64,000 nt of DNA from Leucoraja erinacea (Eukaryota), in assembly GCF_028641065.1 (NCBI RefSeq), contig NC_073379.1, positions 81,034,001 through 81,098,000 on the forward strand, written 5' to 3'. Positions 38,096 through 49,517 of the stretch are shown here, piece by piece. Made by a program: the position numbers and the translations under genes. Within the stretch, counting starts at the first letter, position 1. Each line of letters opens with the position of its first letter. The notes under the pieces were generated by a model that was not told where the DNA came from, ran no database searches, and saw nothing but the letters and a program-made list of their open reading frames with translations.

Positions 38096-38819
38096 CACCT
38101 GTTTTTCTGTAGATTGACTATCGGACAGGCAAAAATAACGCAATCCAGAGATGTGGGAACTAATGCATTTGAGAGCCAAAGGGGCACAAGGAAATACAAT
38201 AAATGGGAGGATGTTGAAAAGTGAAAAAACAGAGGGAGCTTGGAGTGCGTGTCCACAGATTCTTATGTGTAGCAGGATGGTTAGATTAGGTGGATAATGG
38301 GACATATAGCTTTCATTTATGAGCTAAGGCAGAGGATATAAAGAGCACTGGGGTTATGCTAGAGTTACATATAATGCTGGTTGGACCACACATGGTTACT
38401 GTACATCATTGCTCTGGAAAATGTTCAGAGGTGATTGATGAGGTGATTTCCAGGGCCTGAAAACTGCGCTATGAAACAAGATTGGATGACCCATGATTAT
38501 TTTCTTTGGCACATGAGAAGCTAAGGGGAGAATCAGCTGAGGTTTATAAAATGATGGAGGACCTAGTTAAAATATGTTAGAAGGATCTATTGGGATGAGA
38601 TGAGTGATCAGAAAACAAAGAACATAGATGTAACATTCAGATGAATGCTAACATTCAGGTGTCTATGGGCAGAAAGCTCTTGGAAAAGGTCACAGCATAA
38701 GATAAGCTAAATTTGTGGTTGCTGGCAGTGGAGAACACTGGCAGTGGGTACAGTGCGATTGGACAAGTTGGAGATGAGGAAATGAGAAATGAGAAACAGG
38801 TCAGAGATCATAGGTAGAT

Positions 38820-39225
38820 AGTCATAATGTCAGCATGAAATCAGGTACTTCCGCCCAACTTGCCCACACTGACCACCATGTCCCATCTACCCTATTCCTA
38901 CCTGTCTGCGTTTGGTCCATATCCCTCTAAACCTGTCCTATCCATGTACCTGTTTAATTGTTTCTTAAGCGTTGCAATAGTCCCTGCCTCAACTACCTCC
39001 TCTGGTAGCTCGTTCCATACACACACCAACTGTTGTGTGAAAAAGTTACACCTTAGGTTCCTATTAACTATTTACCCACTCACCTTAAACCAGTGCCCTC
39101 TGGTTCTCGATTCCCCTACTCTGGGCAATGGACACTGCACGTCTACTTGATCTATTCCTCTCATGATTTTATACACCACTATAAGATCACCCCTCATCCT
39201 CCTGCACTCAGCCTGCTCAACCTAG
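38820..39225 (-). mobile_element. CR1 3' fragment
   Basis: Reverse of RMRGDL..ESRTRGH..WNELP and the 3' UTR. Confidence 0.75.
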
Positions 39226-39971
39226 GGCTGGAGAAGGAATTAGAGTGGGAATCTGTTTTGGTGGGTTAGTGAGAAAGAGCGAAGATCATAAAGTTGGGTG
39301 AAAACATGGGTGTTTAAACTTTTACTTTATGAACTGGCCAGAAACATTCTTAACAAACACCAGCAGAAATGTAACAGTGCTTGCTTATAACTTGCTGATG
39401 GGCCCTCCTCTGATTTTATCATTTATCATAATCTGGCAAGCCCTTTATCAACAAATTTCTTCCTAAGTCTTGCTTGTGTTAAAATCAGAAGCAGCAGACC
39501 TAAAACAGAGGTCAGAATTTTAACACGTTAATTTCCTACTTAACCAAAGCCCCTCTGTGTTTGTGAGTTAACATTACCTTTGCAAATTCATATCTGAGTA
39601 AATTCAGAGGAAAAATCTTCACTCGCAATTGCAAGTCAAGATTGAATTGGAAAACTTCATGGATATTTTCTGGTAGCATTTTGGAAGTAGAAAGCAATTG
39701 TGAATAACTTCCTTTCAAAGGATTACATGGACGAGACAGAATGTTTATGAAGATACATGGAGTAATTTTCTGAAATCACATTCCCAGCATTAAATTTTAA
39801 TTATGCAAGGAACATATACTCTCAATGCACTTGCTTCCTTTATGATTTCTCATTCATTCACTGTAGTGGTCAGAAATTACAGGGAACGTGAATCAAGTTT
39901 TCAGTGGAACTAACCGTGATCCCATGCTCTCAGAAGAGAAACATGGAAGTAGGCAACAAGGTTTGTAGAGA

Positions 39972-40279
39972 TGGGCAGCACAATGGTGCAGTGATAGAGT
40001 TGCTGCTCTACAGTGCTAGACACCCAGATTTGATCCTGACTGTGGATGCTGTCTGTATGTAGTCTGTACATTCTCCCTGTGACCGCGTGGGTTTTCTCCA
40101 GGTGCTCCAGATTCTTCCCACAATCTAAAGACGTCCAGGTTTGTCGGTTAATTGGCACCTGTAAATTGTCCTCAAGGTGTTGGATTGAATTAGTGCACGG
40201 GGTGATCGTTGGTTGGAGCGGACCAGGTGGGCTGAAGGACCTGTTTCCATGCTGTACCTCTCAACTAAAACTAAACTAA
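39972..40279 (+). mobile_element. V-SINE (HE1-like)
   Basis: tRNA-like head, V-domain, TAAAC tail. Confidence 0.85.
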
Positions 40280-40400
40280 AGTTGGAAGCAAACTGTTGTA
40301 TTTAATTTCTTCAGGTGTGACCTTGAAACTGAAATTGTGGACTATTTATTGGTTGCTTGGTGATTATTTAAAATGCTTCATTTTCAGATGAGCCTAAAGC

Positions 40401-42164
40401 ATGGAAATGACTGAACCAATGTGCGTTCTAGACATCTACATGGAAGACTCCAAGAAAGACATAACTAAGTCGGATAAAGAGAGCATCCTGCCACTTTGTT
40501 CCACCTCACAAGATGCAAGTTCTTCCAGCCATATTATTTCAGAGCCAGATAAAGAAAGCAAAGCAGTCCAAGCAAGTGACAGCAAAATATGTTCATTTCC
40601 ACCACTGTTGGCATCTGAGAAAGAATCGCCTATTAAATTTAAAGGAGAGTTTCCATTTTCATCATTCCTACCTGAAAGAAAGACTCCACTCTCATCTATA
40701 GAAGAGAATGAACAGTCATGCCACAGAGCGACTCCATCCCCAACTCATAGAGAAATTCCACTCTCTTCCCATAATGAAACTTCACTCTGCTTCCCAACAA
40801 TGGCTCCATCTCCAGTGCAAAGAACTACTCCAGTCCCTTTCCAAAGTGAAACTCCATCCACCTTCCCTAGAGAGACTCCAAACATAGTTCGAGCACTGAC
40901 TCCACTCCCCTTTCAAAGCATGAATCCACTCAGTTTCAGACCATCGACTCCATTACCAGCCCACAGTGGGAGTCTACACCCCTCCCCCAGAGACACTCCT
41001 GCCTCGATGGAAGGAGCAACTCCAATGTTTTCCCAAAGTGAGTCTTCAGGCCCCTTACCAAGAGGGTCTCCAACTCCAACTCCAACTTCAACTTCAACCA
41101 CACCTTCCTTACAAAACAACAATCCACCCTGTTTCCGAACACCTACTCCATTTAATTTCAAAAGTGAAACTCCAGTTAATGTCCCAAGTGAGCCTCCTAC
41201 CTCATTGGAAGAAGCAACCCCACTCTCTTTCCAAAATGAGACACCATCCTCCAGAACAGCAACTCCAGCCCGCGGTCCATCATCAACATCATTCCTTTCC
41301 CAAAGGGAGACTACAGTCCCCTTCCCAAGAAGGTCTCCAACACCACTCTCTCTCCGAAGTGACACTCCAATCTGTTTAACCACAGCTACTCCGTTTTTCT
41401 TGCAATGTCAGACTACTGACTTTTTGCAAAGAGAGGCCTTAACCACACTTCATAGAGCAACTTCACTGGCTTTTCCAAATGAAACTATATCCTCTATCCA
41501 GATGGACGCACAAGCCCAAGTGCAAGGAACAACTCCGTTCCCATTTCAATTTGGGACTCCACTCTCTTTTGAAAGCAGAACTCTGTTCTCTTTGGATCCA
41601 GACTCTGTGTTTTTTTCCGGGGGAGAGTCAGGAGTGTCATCTGATATAGAGTCATCTTACCCCTCAATAAGTGGCACACCATTTCATCTGGAAAGAGAAA
41701 CTCAGACATCTCCCATTGGTCTGAGATCTGTCTGCACAGACATTATTCAGAGTGCTTGGTATGGTATCGCGGACAGGCCACACATGTTGCAAGCTGGGTT
41801 TAGAGGTCTGCAAAGCACAGTGCAGTTTGATACAGCAGAAAATCGAGAAGTTATCAAGGTTTTTGTAACAAATGTAAAAGATACTATTCTTTCATCTCTC
41901 AACACAGTGAACACCACTGTGCAAACAACAAGGACAAACATGACAGATAGTCTCTGCAATTTAGTTGTTGGTGTAGCGTCTCAGGTTGGGGAACTTTTCA
42001 GGCCACAGGCAGCATGCTCCACGACTCTCATGGAAGATCCTGAACAAATGGCTGGTACCCTTTCAGAAGAAAACATTCAACCCATGGCAAATCCAACAAA
42101 TTCTGAACAGGGTATGCATTCTAGCAATTCCTCTGAATGGACCGATTCTAGTCAAATGCAATGA
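40401..42164 (+). CDS. Uncharacterised 587-aa Ser/Thr/Pro-rich protein (or large exon) with about 40 degenerate octapeptide repeats
   Basis: 1764-bp open frame with no TE motifs in otherwise stop-rich DNA; 8-residue periodicity of T/S-P; acceptor ttttcag at 40381-40387; possible donor at 42111/42112. Confidence 0.8.
   Translation: MEMTEPMCVLDIYMEDSKKDITKSDKESILPLCSTSQDASSSSHIISEPDKESKAVQASDSKICSFPPLLASEKESPIKFKGEFPFSSFLPERKTPLSSIEENEQSCHRATPSPTHREIPLSSHNETSLCFPTMAPSPVQRTTPVPFQSETPSTFPRETPNIVRALTPLPFQSMNPLSFRPSTPLPAHSGSLHPSPRDTPASMEGATPMFSQSESSGPLPRGSPTPTPTSTSTTPSLQNNNPPCFRTPTPFNFKSETPVNVPSEPPTSLEEATPLSFQNETPSSRTATPARGPSSTSFLSQRETTVPFPRRSPTPLSLRSDTPICLTTATPFFLQCQTTDFLQREALTTLHRATSLAFPNETISSIQMDAQAQVQGTTPFPFQFGTPLSFESRTLFSLDPDSVFFSGGESGVSSDIESSYPSISGTPFHLERETQTSPIGLRSVCTDIIQSAWYGIADRPHMLQAGFRGLQSTVQFDTAENREVIKVFVTNVKDTILSSLNTVNTTVQTTRTNMTDSLCNLVVGVASQVGELFRPQAACSTTLMEDPEQMAGTLSEENIQPMANPTNSEQGMHSSNSSEWTDSSQMQ
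40677..41720 (+). repeat. Degenerate 24-nt coding tandem repeat
   Basis: Pro at residues 96,112,120,136,144,152,160,168,176,184,200,208,224, then 242-282 and 315-331 in steps of 8, and 379,387; recurring ACTCCA. Confidence 0.85.
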
Positions 42165-42581
42165 GTAGAATAGCCAGAGGAACTCATCTTGTATGTGGCA
42201 AAAAAGTAAAATGTCAAAAAATTGTATTTCTTGCAGTACATTTGTTAATTAAGAAAGTGTATTTCCCATTCACGATTGAAGGATTATTTGTTGTATTAAT
42301 GTACCTTATGTTTAGACTTTGTTTTGTTATAAGGACATATTTAATTTGTACTTCTTGCAGAACTGATTATGAAAGCTCATTTAGCACTTTAAGTAAGCAC
42401 TAGAAATATGCATCTGAACCTTTTGGTGTTCTTAAGTTAAATTGTTTCCTGATTTTTTTTTCTGTGGCACTCTGCCCATGTAGCATCTCAGTTGTGGGGC
42501 TAGAATTAGGTACAAAATGCATCCAAGAAAGGAAATGCTAGATATTTTAAAGTGGACTTCGGGGTATTTTTTTTTTTTGAG

Positions 42582-42823
42582 AAGCAGCATCGAAACGGAC
42601 CATTTGGTCCACTGAGTCCACAGGTTCATAATCATTTTATATTATCCCAGTTTCTCATCCACTCCCTGTGGGATGTGGGAGGAAACTGGAGCACCCGGAC
42701 AAAACCCACACATAGATGGCACCTGATGCAGACTCCACATAGATGGCACCTGAGGTCAGGATCAAACCTGGGCCTCTGCTGCTGTGAGGCAGCAGCTTCA
42801 CCAGCTGCACCACTGTGCCGTAC
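42582..42823 (-). mobile_element. V-SINE (HE1-like), reverse orientation
   Basis: Reverse-complement head and V-domain; small internal duplication at 42708-42752. Confidence 0.8.
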
Positions 42824-43200
42824 TGTTTGCCTATTCCTCCATTTGTTCTCTTGCCTTCAGTTCTGCTGAAATCCAACCCAATCCTTGGCAATATTTGATA
42901 AGGTCCATCAGTTCTTAATTCTAGAAACAACGAATTGCAGATTCTGGTTAATACACAAAAGGACATGAAGTGCGAGAATAACTAGTAAGATTAAACGAGA
43001 AATTACCATTTTGAAGTTTGATTGTTATTTTATGAGGAGTACGTTGAGGGAATATGCGAAGAAACCCGCCAGGACGCATGCGTGTCATTCTTCAAAGCAA
43101 CGGTGTGAAATCACAGATAACTGTAATGACTGAACATAGTAAGATTAGAGTAGAAAATACCAGTTGAGTATATGATCAAGGATGGGAGCGGAGGGCAAGC

Positions 43201-43307
43201 ATTCCCTCAACGTACTCCTCATAAAATAACGATCAAACTTTGAACTGGTAAGTTCTCGTTTAATCTTACTATTTTACTTCGGAGTCACGTGAGTGACTAC
43301 GTGAAGA
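43201..43307 (-). other. DIRS internal complementary region (ICR)
   Basis: 43201-43270 is complementary to 42984-43053, and 43271-43307 to 47607-47643. Confidence 0.9.
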
Positions 43308-43518
43308 TTTCAAAGCTCTGTGATTTCAAGCCGTGGAAACGAGTCCATGCATCACATTGCCTTAATTGACTGTGGGAGGAATTGTGTTAACATGTTTAGA
43401 CATGAATCCAACATTGAAATCCATGATAAATTGTTAACAACAAATTATAGCCCCTATTTATGGGGTGAAATTATATTATAGAACTTAAAATTGGCTCTGC
43501 AAAGTTCCAGTTTAACTA

Positions 43519-44280
43519 TTAGTTTGTGGTAGAATAGTTGGAACATTTTCCCCTGATCCATCCTGCTGTTTCGAGGATTTGGTTCATTGGTACATCCAAC
43601 TCCATAGCTGCCGATGTAGTTGCAGCCCTGGTGGAATAATATTTGAATATGTTAGTATCCACCCCAGCTGTTGTTAAAACCTGTTTCAGCCATCTGGAAA
43701 TAGTTTGAACCAACACTTTTTTGTGGGTTTGTTTGTGGCTGATTAGTAGTGCCATCTCATAGCCTCAGATGTTTTTGGTGTTCTCCATATAGAACAATAA
43801 TTGGCTTATTATACAGAGACGATATCTGTAGGGTAATCCCTAAATTTTATTTTGAGGCCAGATGATCCCGGTCTGTTCTGTTTGACTAATTCATAATATG
43901 AAACGTTATATTCCTGTTGAAGAAGTCACATAGTCCAGCCTAAACTTATGTACGACTGTACCCTTAGTGCCGTGACCAAAGCCATCAGCATGAATGGTTT
44001 GTGCGTCAGTCTTTGCAGGGACAGAGCTGTTGCTGGAGACCAATTCCTTAGCAATGTTAGGGCAATACTCATATCCCATTTAGAGAGTACCTGGTTCTTG
44101 GGGATAGATATTAAAAATTCCCCTCATAAGTTTGGTTACCAGGGATGAGTTCCAACAGAATGATGCTCTGATCCTCGCCATAGATATGTTGATAGGGTAC
44201 TTCTGGCGCAGTTAATGGCACTGTAACTGAGCCCCTCATCATAATGGAGGCTTGCCAGGAATTCCAGAACAGACATTATG
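43519..44280 (-). pseudogene. DIRS tyrosine recombinase remnant
   Basis: ALLISHKQTHKKV..TISRWLKQVL..AGVD..YSTRAATTSAA..ILETAGW (the HxxR His appears as Tyr). Confidence 0.8.
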
Positions 44281-44361
44281 TTCATCGAACTGCAGGTGAT
44301 GTTGTTTTTGTGACTATATATCTCCTATTTCCTGATTTATACCAGATATAGTTTTTGGTGG

Positions 44362-44418
44362 TTACACAAAAAAGCTGGAGAAACTCAGCGGGTGCAGCAG
44401 CATCTATGGAGCGAAGGA
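44362..44418. mobile_element. Short Penelope-derived insertion in the DIRS
   Basis: 12-bp TSD AGTTTTTGGTGG at 44350-44361 and 44419-44430. Confidence 0.75.
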
Positions 44419-46734
44419 AGTTTTTGGTGGACTGTCTGTGGCCGCTGAGATAATGTTCAATGTTCGGTCTGCCAGTCCCAGTTACAGTAGAGGTTTCTTT
44501 AGACTCTACAAATTGATAGTTTTTTTTGTTTTTCACATGGATGGGTTCCCCTGTTGCGGGATGAACCAATAATCTGGTTGTTTCAGGATGGTGATGCATG
44601 GTTAAACCCCATGTTGAGTATCACAGGGAACCATGGATAAGTAGGCCAATCGGCACTACCAATTAACAGACGCTGAGTCTTGTTCTATTTTTCGTAATAC
44701 CCGACTGATGATGCAGAAAAGGAGAGAATGCTTAGATAAACAATTGCCCCCTCAATGAAGTGAAAAGCATCTGTCCCTGCTGTCCCAGGGTCTGGTTCCC
44801 AAGAAACACAGTTTGGTAACTGGTGATTAAGTCTTATTTTATTGAATTTGCGTGACCTGATGTCTGTCACTGAATTTTGAGTTACCTGGTAGGTAAGTAG
44901 CTGATATTCCAATATTTTTCTGGATACACCATTACCAAATTGTTTTAGTCAGATTGTCACTCTGTAGTCTAACACGCTGGTGATTTATCCCAGAGCAGTA
45001 TAACTTTAGGCCATAGAATGCACCACACATTTCCAGGTAGTTTATGCCCAGTGTCTGTGATAATGATGTCTCCTGTTCCTTTCATCTACCTCCACAGATG
45101 GAGATGGAATTGGTAGTACCCCAACCAAGCGCACTGGCATCAGCTTTTAGCACCACTAAGGGTTTGCTGATAACAATAGGGTTGGAACAATGCCAAATGT
45201 TATCCCTCCACCATTTTAATTCCATAATCTTTGATTGGTGGCTTATTGGTCTGTCGAAATAACCAGTATTAACTTTGAGTGTTTGTATTTTGCCCTTTGT
45301 AGATTTTTGGTAATACAAAGGTCCAAATTGTGTGGCTGGAAAGGCAGACACTATATGCCAATTATACTTGCTACCAATCTGATAGACGGTTCACTGATGT
45401 CAGTGGGGTTATTGCAGGTCTCAGTTAAGACTGTAGCCTTGTCCTTTGGTAAAGTCACCGACATGTGAGCTGTCAATAGTGAACCCCAAATAATCCATTA
45501 TGTTGGTAGGCGTTAGTTTAGATTTAACTGGATGGATGATAACCCCAGTTTTCACCCAATTGTATGGTGGCTGTTACAGCTAGTTAGGCCAACTCCAAAG
45601 TTATGCCCACATTTAGTATGATCATATGATTATGTATTTGGTAGCTCTATACTGCCAGAGCTGCCCCATCCAGTTGCATTTTTTAAATAATGTTTGTGAT
45701 CAGTCCGTGTAGGCACTGAATAGTAAGCATCTTTTAGTTCGATGCTAGCCATGGAGTAGCCTTTGGAAATCAGTCCTTTAGCAGTTACCAGTTCCCATTT
45801 TGTACTGAATATATAGTACAATGTATTCCAGCCAATCGTTTTGGGTTTACCCATTACCCCTTTTGCACAATTCAATGGTATATCCCTGGATACTGCTTAG
45901 GATATAAGTGTCTGTAGTTAATATACACCATGTATCCAAAAGAGTGTAATCTCTCACCAATGTGTGTATTATCCACTCTTCCTATAATTTGTAAGAGACC
46001 AGACCCATCTACCTCCATTGTTACCAGTGGAAGTTTGCTTCTTCTGTGTGGTCTTCGTTGAGGTTGAGGCGCCGGTGTCTGGGTTTGTTTTTGGGTTGGG
46101 GTTTGTACATCTTCCAGAAAGGCCGGTCTGGGTTATGGTTTAAAAGACCGCTGTCCTGTATGCCCGGCCTTTGAGCTTTCACCAGCTTCTCTTGTTCTGC
46201 TGGTGGGTGCATAAGGGTGCTGTCTTTGGCTGTAGGAGATCCTTAATGTTGTCGCCTTTATGAACCCCAGGGCTTTCCTAAGTCCTGCTCCGACATGTTT
46301 CCAGATGCTAGTTCCACGACTGGAACATTCAGGGATGCGCAGTTTCCTGGTCCCAAGTATTTTTGCAGTGGTGTCCATCGTGGTCTGGCTGTATGTATTT
46401 GGACACCATGACCAGTAGATTTTGCCTTCCTGCACCCCCTGCACACTTGTAGTTTTGTTCGTCAAAACCCCTCTTCAGGGTCAGCCCAGAATTGACCCCC
46501 CCAGTACTCCCCTCTGACGAGGGAGATGCACTGTGCAGCCCTACAAGAGGTGCCGCTGTGGGTTTTACATAGTGCCCACAGTGACTAGACTCCATCTCCC
46601 GGAGCCTGTCATGTTGGAGCTCGGCTCCATAAGCCGCTCCAACCGGCTCCAGCGCTCACGGTCGCTGGCCGCCCAAAGTCGGACTCATCAGTCCTCGACT
46701 CTTTTGGTTTTCTTCTTGCCTTCCCGCCCAGACG

Positions 46735-47525
46735 CAGTGTTTAATCTGGCCGGTGCGGGGGCGAAGATGGGCACAGCTGTTCCCTTACGGGTGATTCCTG
46801 TGCCGCCGGCCGCTGCTGGCGTCCGCAACACCGCGGTCTTCCCCCGCCAGTCGCAGCTCTGGTCGACTTCTTTGTCTTGTGCATGTTTCCCCCACCTGTA
46901 GAACAGTATGGGAACAATAAAGACCGCAGTATCACTTACCTGCAGGTCCAGGCTTAAAACTTGCCGTTAAATGGGAACGTCTTCCATCTCTCCTCCTGCC
47001 GTTTTGATTTGTCAAAGCCAACGGCTCCATTCTGTATAGTCTCCCGCCCGGCCATGGTGTTTAATCTGGCCGGTGCGGGAGCAAAGTCGGGGACAGCTGT
47101 TCCCTTACGGGTAATTCCTGTGCTGCCTGCCGTTATTTGCGCAGCTCTCCATGTTTCCCCACCTGTGAAACAGTATGGGGAGAATAAAGACCGCAGTTTC
47201 ACTTACCTGCAGGTCCTGGTTTAAACTGTCGCTACGGGGGAGCGTCGTTCTACCCCGCCTCCTGCCGTTTCGACTTGTCAAAGTCGACGGTCCCATTCTG
47301 AATTGTCTCCCGCCCGGCCGTGGTGTTCTGGCCGGCACGGGACCAAAGGTCGGCACAGCAGTTCCCACTTACGGGGCTTGTGCCTTCAGCTGCTGCTGGC
47401 TCCCGCAACTTCACGGTCCTCCCCAGCCAACTTCACTCGCCGCACTTGTCCCCCTGTGTAAAACAGCGTGGGGACAAAAACTACCGCAGAGTAAATCACT
47501 TACCTGCAGGTCGCGGTTTCAAACT
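46735..47525 (-). repeat. Three diverged tandem units of about 270-300 bp in the DIRS 5' region
   Basis: acttacctgcaggtc recurs at 46934, 47201 and 47498; tgtttaatctggccggtgcggg recurs at 46738 and 47057. Confidence 0.85.
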
Positions 47526-47709
47526 TACCGCTGCGGGGGAACGCTCCACCCGCCTGTCGTTTCGCAAGCGTGAAAGCGATAGGACATGCATGCGTCCTGG
47601 CGGGGTTCTTCATGTAGTCACTCACGTGACTCCGAAGTAAAATCAGCAGGTCAGGCAGCACCTCTGGAGAACATGGGTAGGTTACGTTTCAGCTTGAGAC
47701 ACTTCTTAA

Positions 47710-48040
47710 TTGAACTTGAAAGCATTGGAGGCTGAAGGTGAAATCAAAGAGCATACAAAATCATTAGGGACATAGACAAGGTGAATGGTGACAGTCTTTA
47801 CTCAAAGTAGAGGAGCTCAGTACTAGAGGGTATATGTTTCAGGTGGGCGAGGAAAGAATTAAAAGATACCTGAAGGGCAACTTCTTTAGTCAAAGCATGG
47901 TGCATATATGGAATGAGCTGCTAGAGGAAGCAGTAGATGCAGGTATGATGGCAACATTTAAAATGCATGTTTACAGGTAAATCATTGGAAATGGTTTAGA
48001 GCAATATGGACTAATGTAGGCACATGCAACCAGCTCAGTT
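47710..48040 (+). mobile_element. Old CR1 3' fragment
   Basis: Degenerate RRLKVKS..TRGY..WNELL motifs. Confidence 0.6.
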
Positions 48041-49517
48041 TGAACTCTGCAAGGAAAGTTAAGCTTCTGCCAAAGGGTTTCTGTGTTATTTGACCTAAAA
48101 AATTATACTATTTGCTCCTATCTGGAATCCTTTGGTTTTGGCAAGAGATGAGCCTAGTTGCATCATATTTATTAATAAATGTTGTTCTCTTCTCATCATT
48201 GGGTTGGAGAGGGAATTGTCAATACTCTATATGATCACTGAATCTGCTACATGAGATTAAATAAACAAAGTGAGTTGGGTAGGAAGAGTAGATGTGGGAT
48301 ATATAATAGTAATTGTGCTTATTTCCCTCCTGTTACCAGAAAAACAGCATATTGGGGGAAAAACAGCCTAGTTCTTAGGGATTTTATGAAGTTTAGTTTG
48401 GTATCACTCCTCATTAAACTGCTGTTTTATTTATCGTAGTCAATCCAAAAATTGACCCAGATAGTATCAACAGACCATTAGTATCAAAGTATTAATATGA
48501 AGTTCATAAATTAAAAAGAAAATTGAATCCAGTTCAAATTGAAGAAAAGGCCAAGAAGTATAATAAAATTAAGAGATAATGCGATACAATTAGAATAGAG
48601 GCTAACAGACAAAAAATGGGATGCAAGGCAAGAACAAATATTAAGGAGAATAATAATAACCAGTACAAATGTCTTAATAAAAATTTGAGCTGTGTTCTGT
48701 GAGAAAAAAATAGGTGATAAATGGCTTTTATTAGTTCCCGTTTATAAAAGTGGTTGATTTTGAGGATGGAAGTGAATTGTTACATTTGAAAAAGAGTATC
48801 ATAAACAATGGGAAGTATTAAAGAAAAATAATTACATTTATACGTCTCCTTCATAATTTGTATATCTCCTTTCCCGACCCTGAGATGAACCATGTGTTTT
48901 AATGTTGTATTCTACTTAAATTGCAGATATTTGCAATGCAACAGCAAATTAATGCTTGGAAACAAGCTAATGAGAGAATTTATACTTTAATGACATTCAT
49001 AGAGGGATATTGGAGATAACAAGACTGCACTTCTTCAAACCAGTGGCTCAGCATTTTTAATATCTCCTTAACATCTAAGGAGAGATTGAGCATTGGTTTA
49101 ACATTTCTACACAAAGACAGTTAGTTTCCCACTGTGCCAAGATCCAAGTGTCACCGTAATATGTTCTACTTAAGTCTGTGAATTGTTACTTAAATTTACA
49201 ACTATCTGACTTAAAGTCAGAAGTGTTACTAACTCATCCATCCTGGACAGAAAAGGAAGACTCGGGGCCAAAGCCGAACAGGAAGAATTAGTATTGATAT
49301 AGTTACGGCCTTGAAAAAAAACTACAGTTTAGAATTTCTCATGAGGTTGGTGCCATATTCTGTTAGTTTTCTGTTTCTGTCTTTTCTAGATTGATTCAGA
49401 TTTTTTTTAATTCTCAATTTTTTAATTGAAATTTCATAACTGCAGTTCAGAAAAGTGGCATGCATAATGGCCAATGTTTAGCTTCATATCTTGCTTGTCA
49501 TTCTGATAAATAAATAG

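Larger units (their letters stand above)
42984..47643 (-). mobile_element. DIRS1-type tyrosine-recombinase retrotransposon, both termini present, ORFs decayed
   Basis: RT (MASIELKDAYYSVP), RNase H (ADASALGWG), MT-like (RLNHQLPNCVSWEPDP..DAF), YR (TISRW..YSTRAA..TAGW); ITR 43058-43086/47583-47611; ICR 43201-43307. Confidence 0.92.

Noticed and set aside
40913-41383. Antisense and alternate-frame ORFs over the repeat ORF
   Set aside because: Shadows of the low-complexity 24-nt repeat and its codon bias
40401-42164. Mucin or lubricin-like secreted protein
   Set aside because: No signal peptide, cysteine-rich vWD/SEA/SMB domain or TM segment visible; repeats contain many Phe/Arg/Glu. A signal exon elsewhere cannot be fully excluded.
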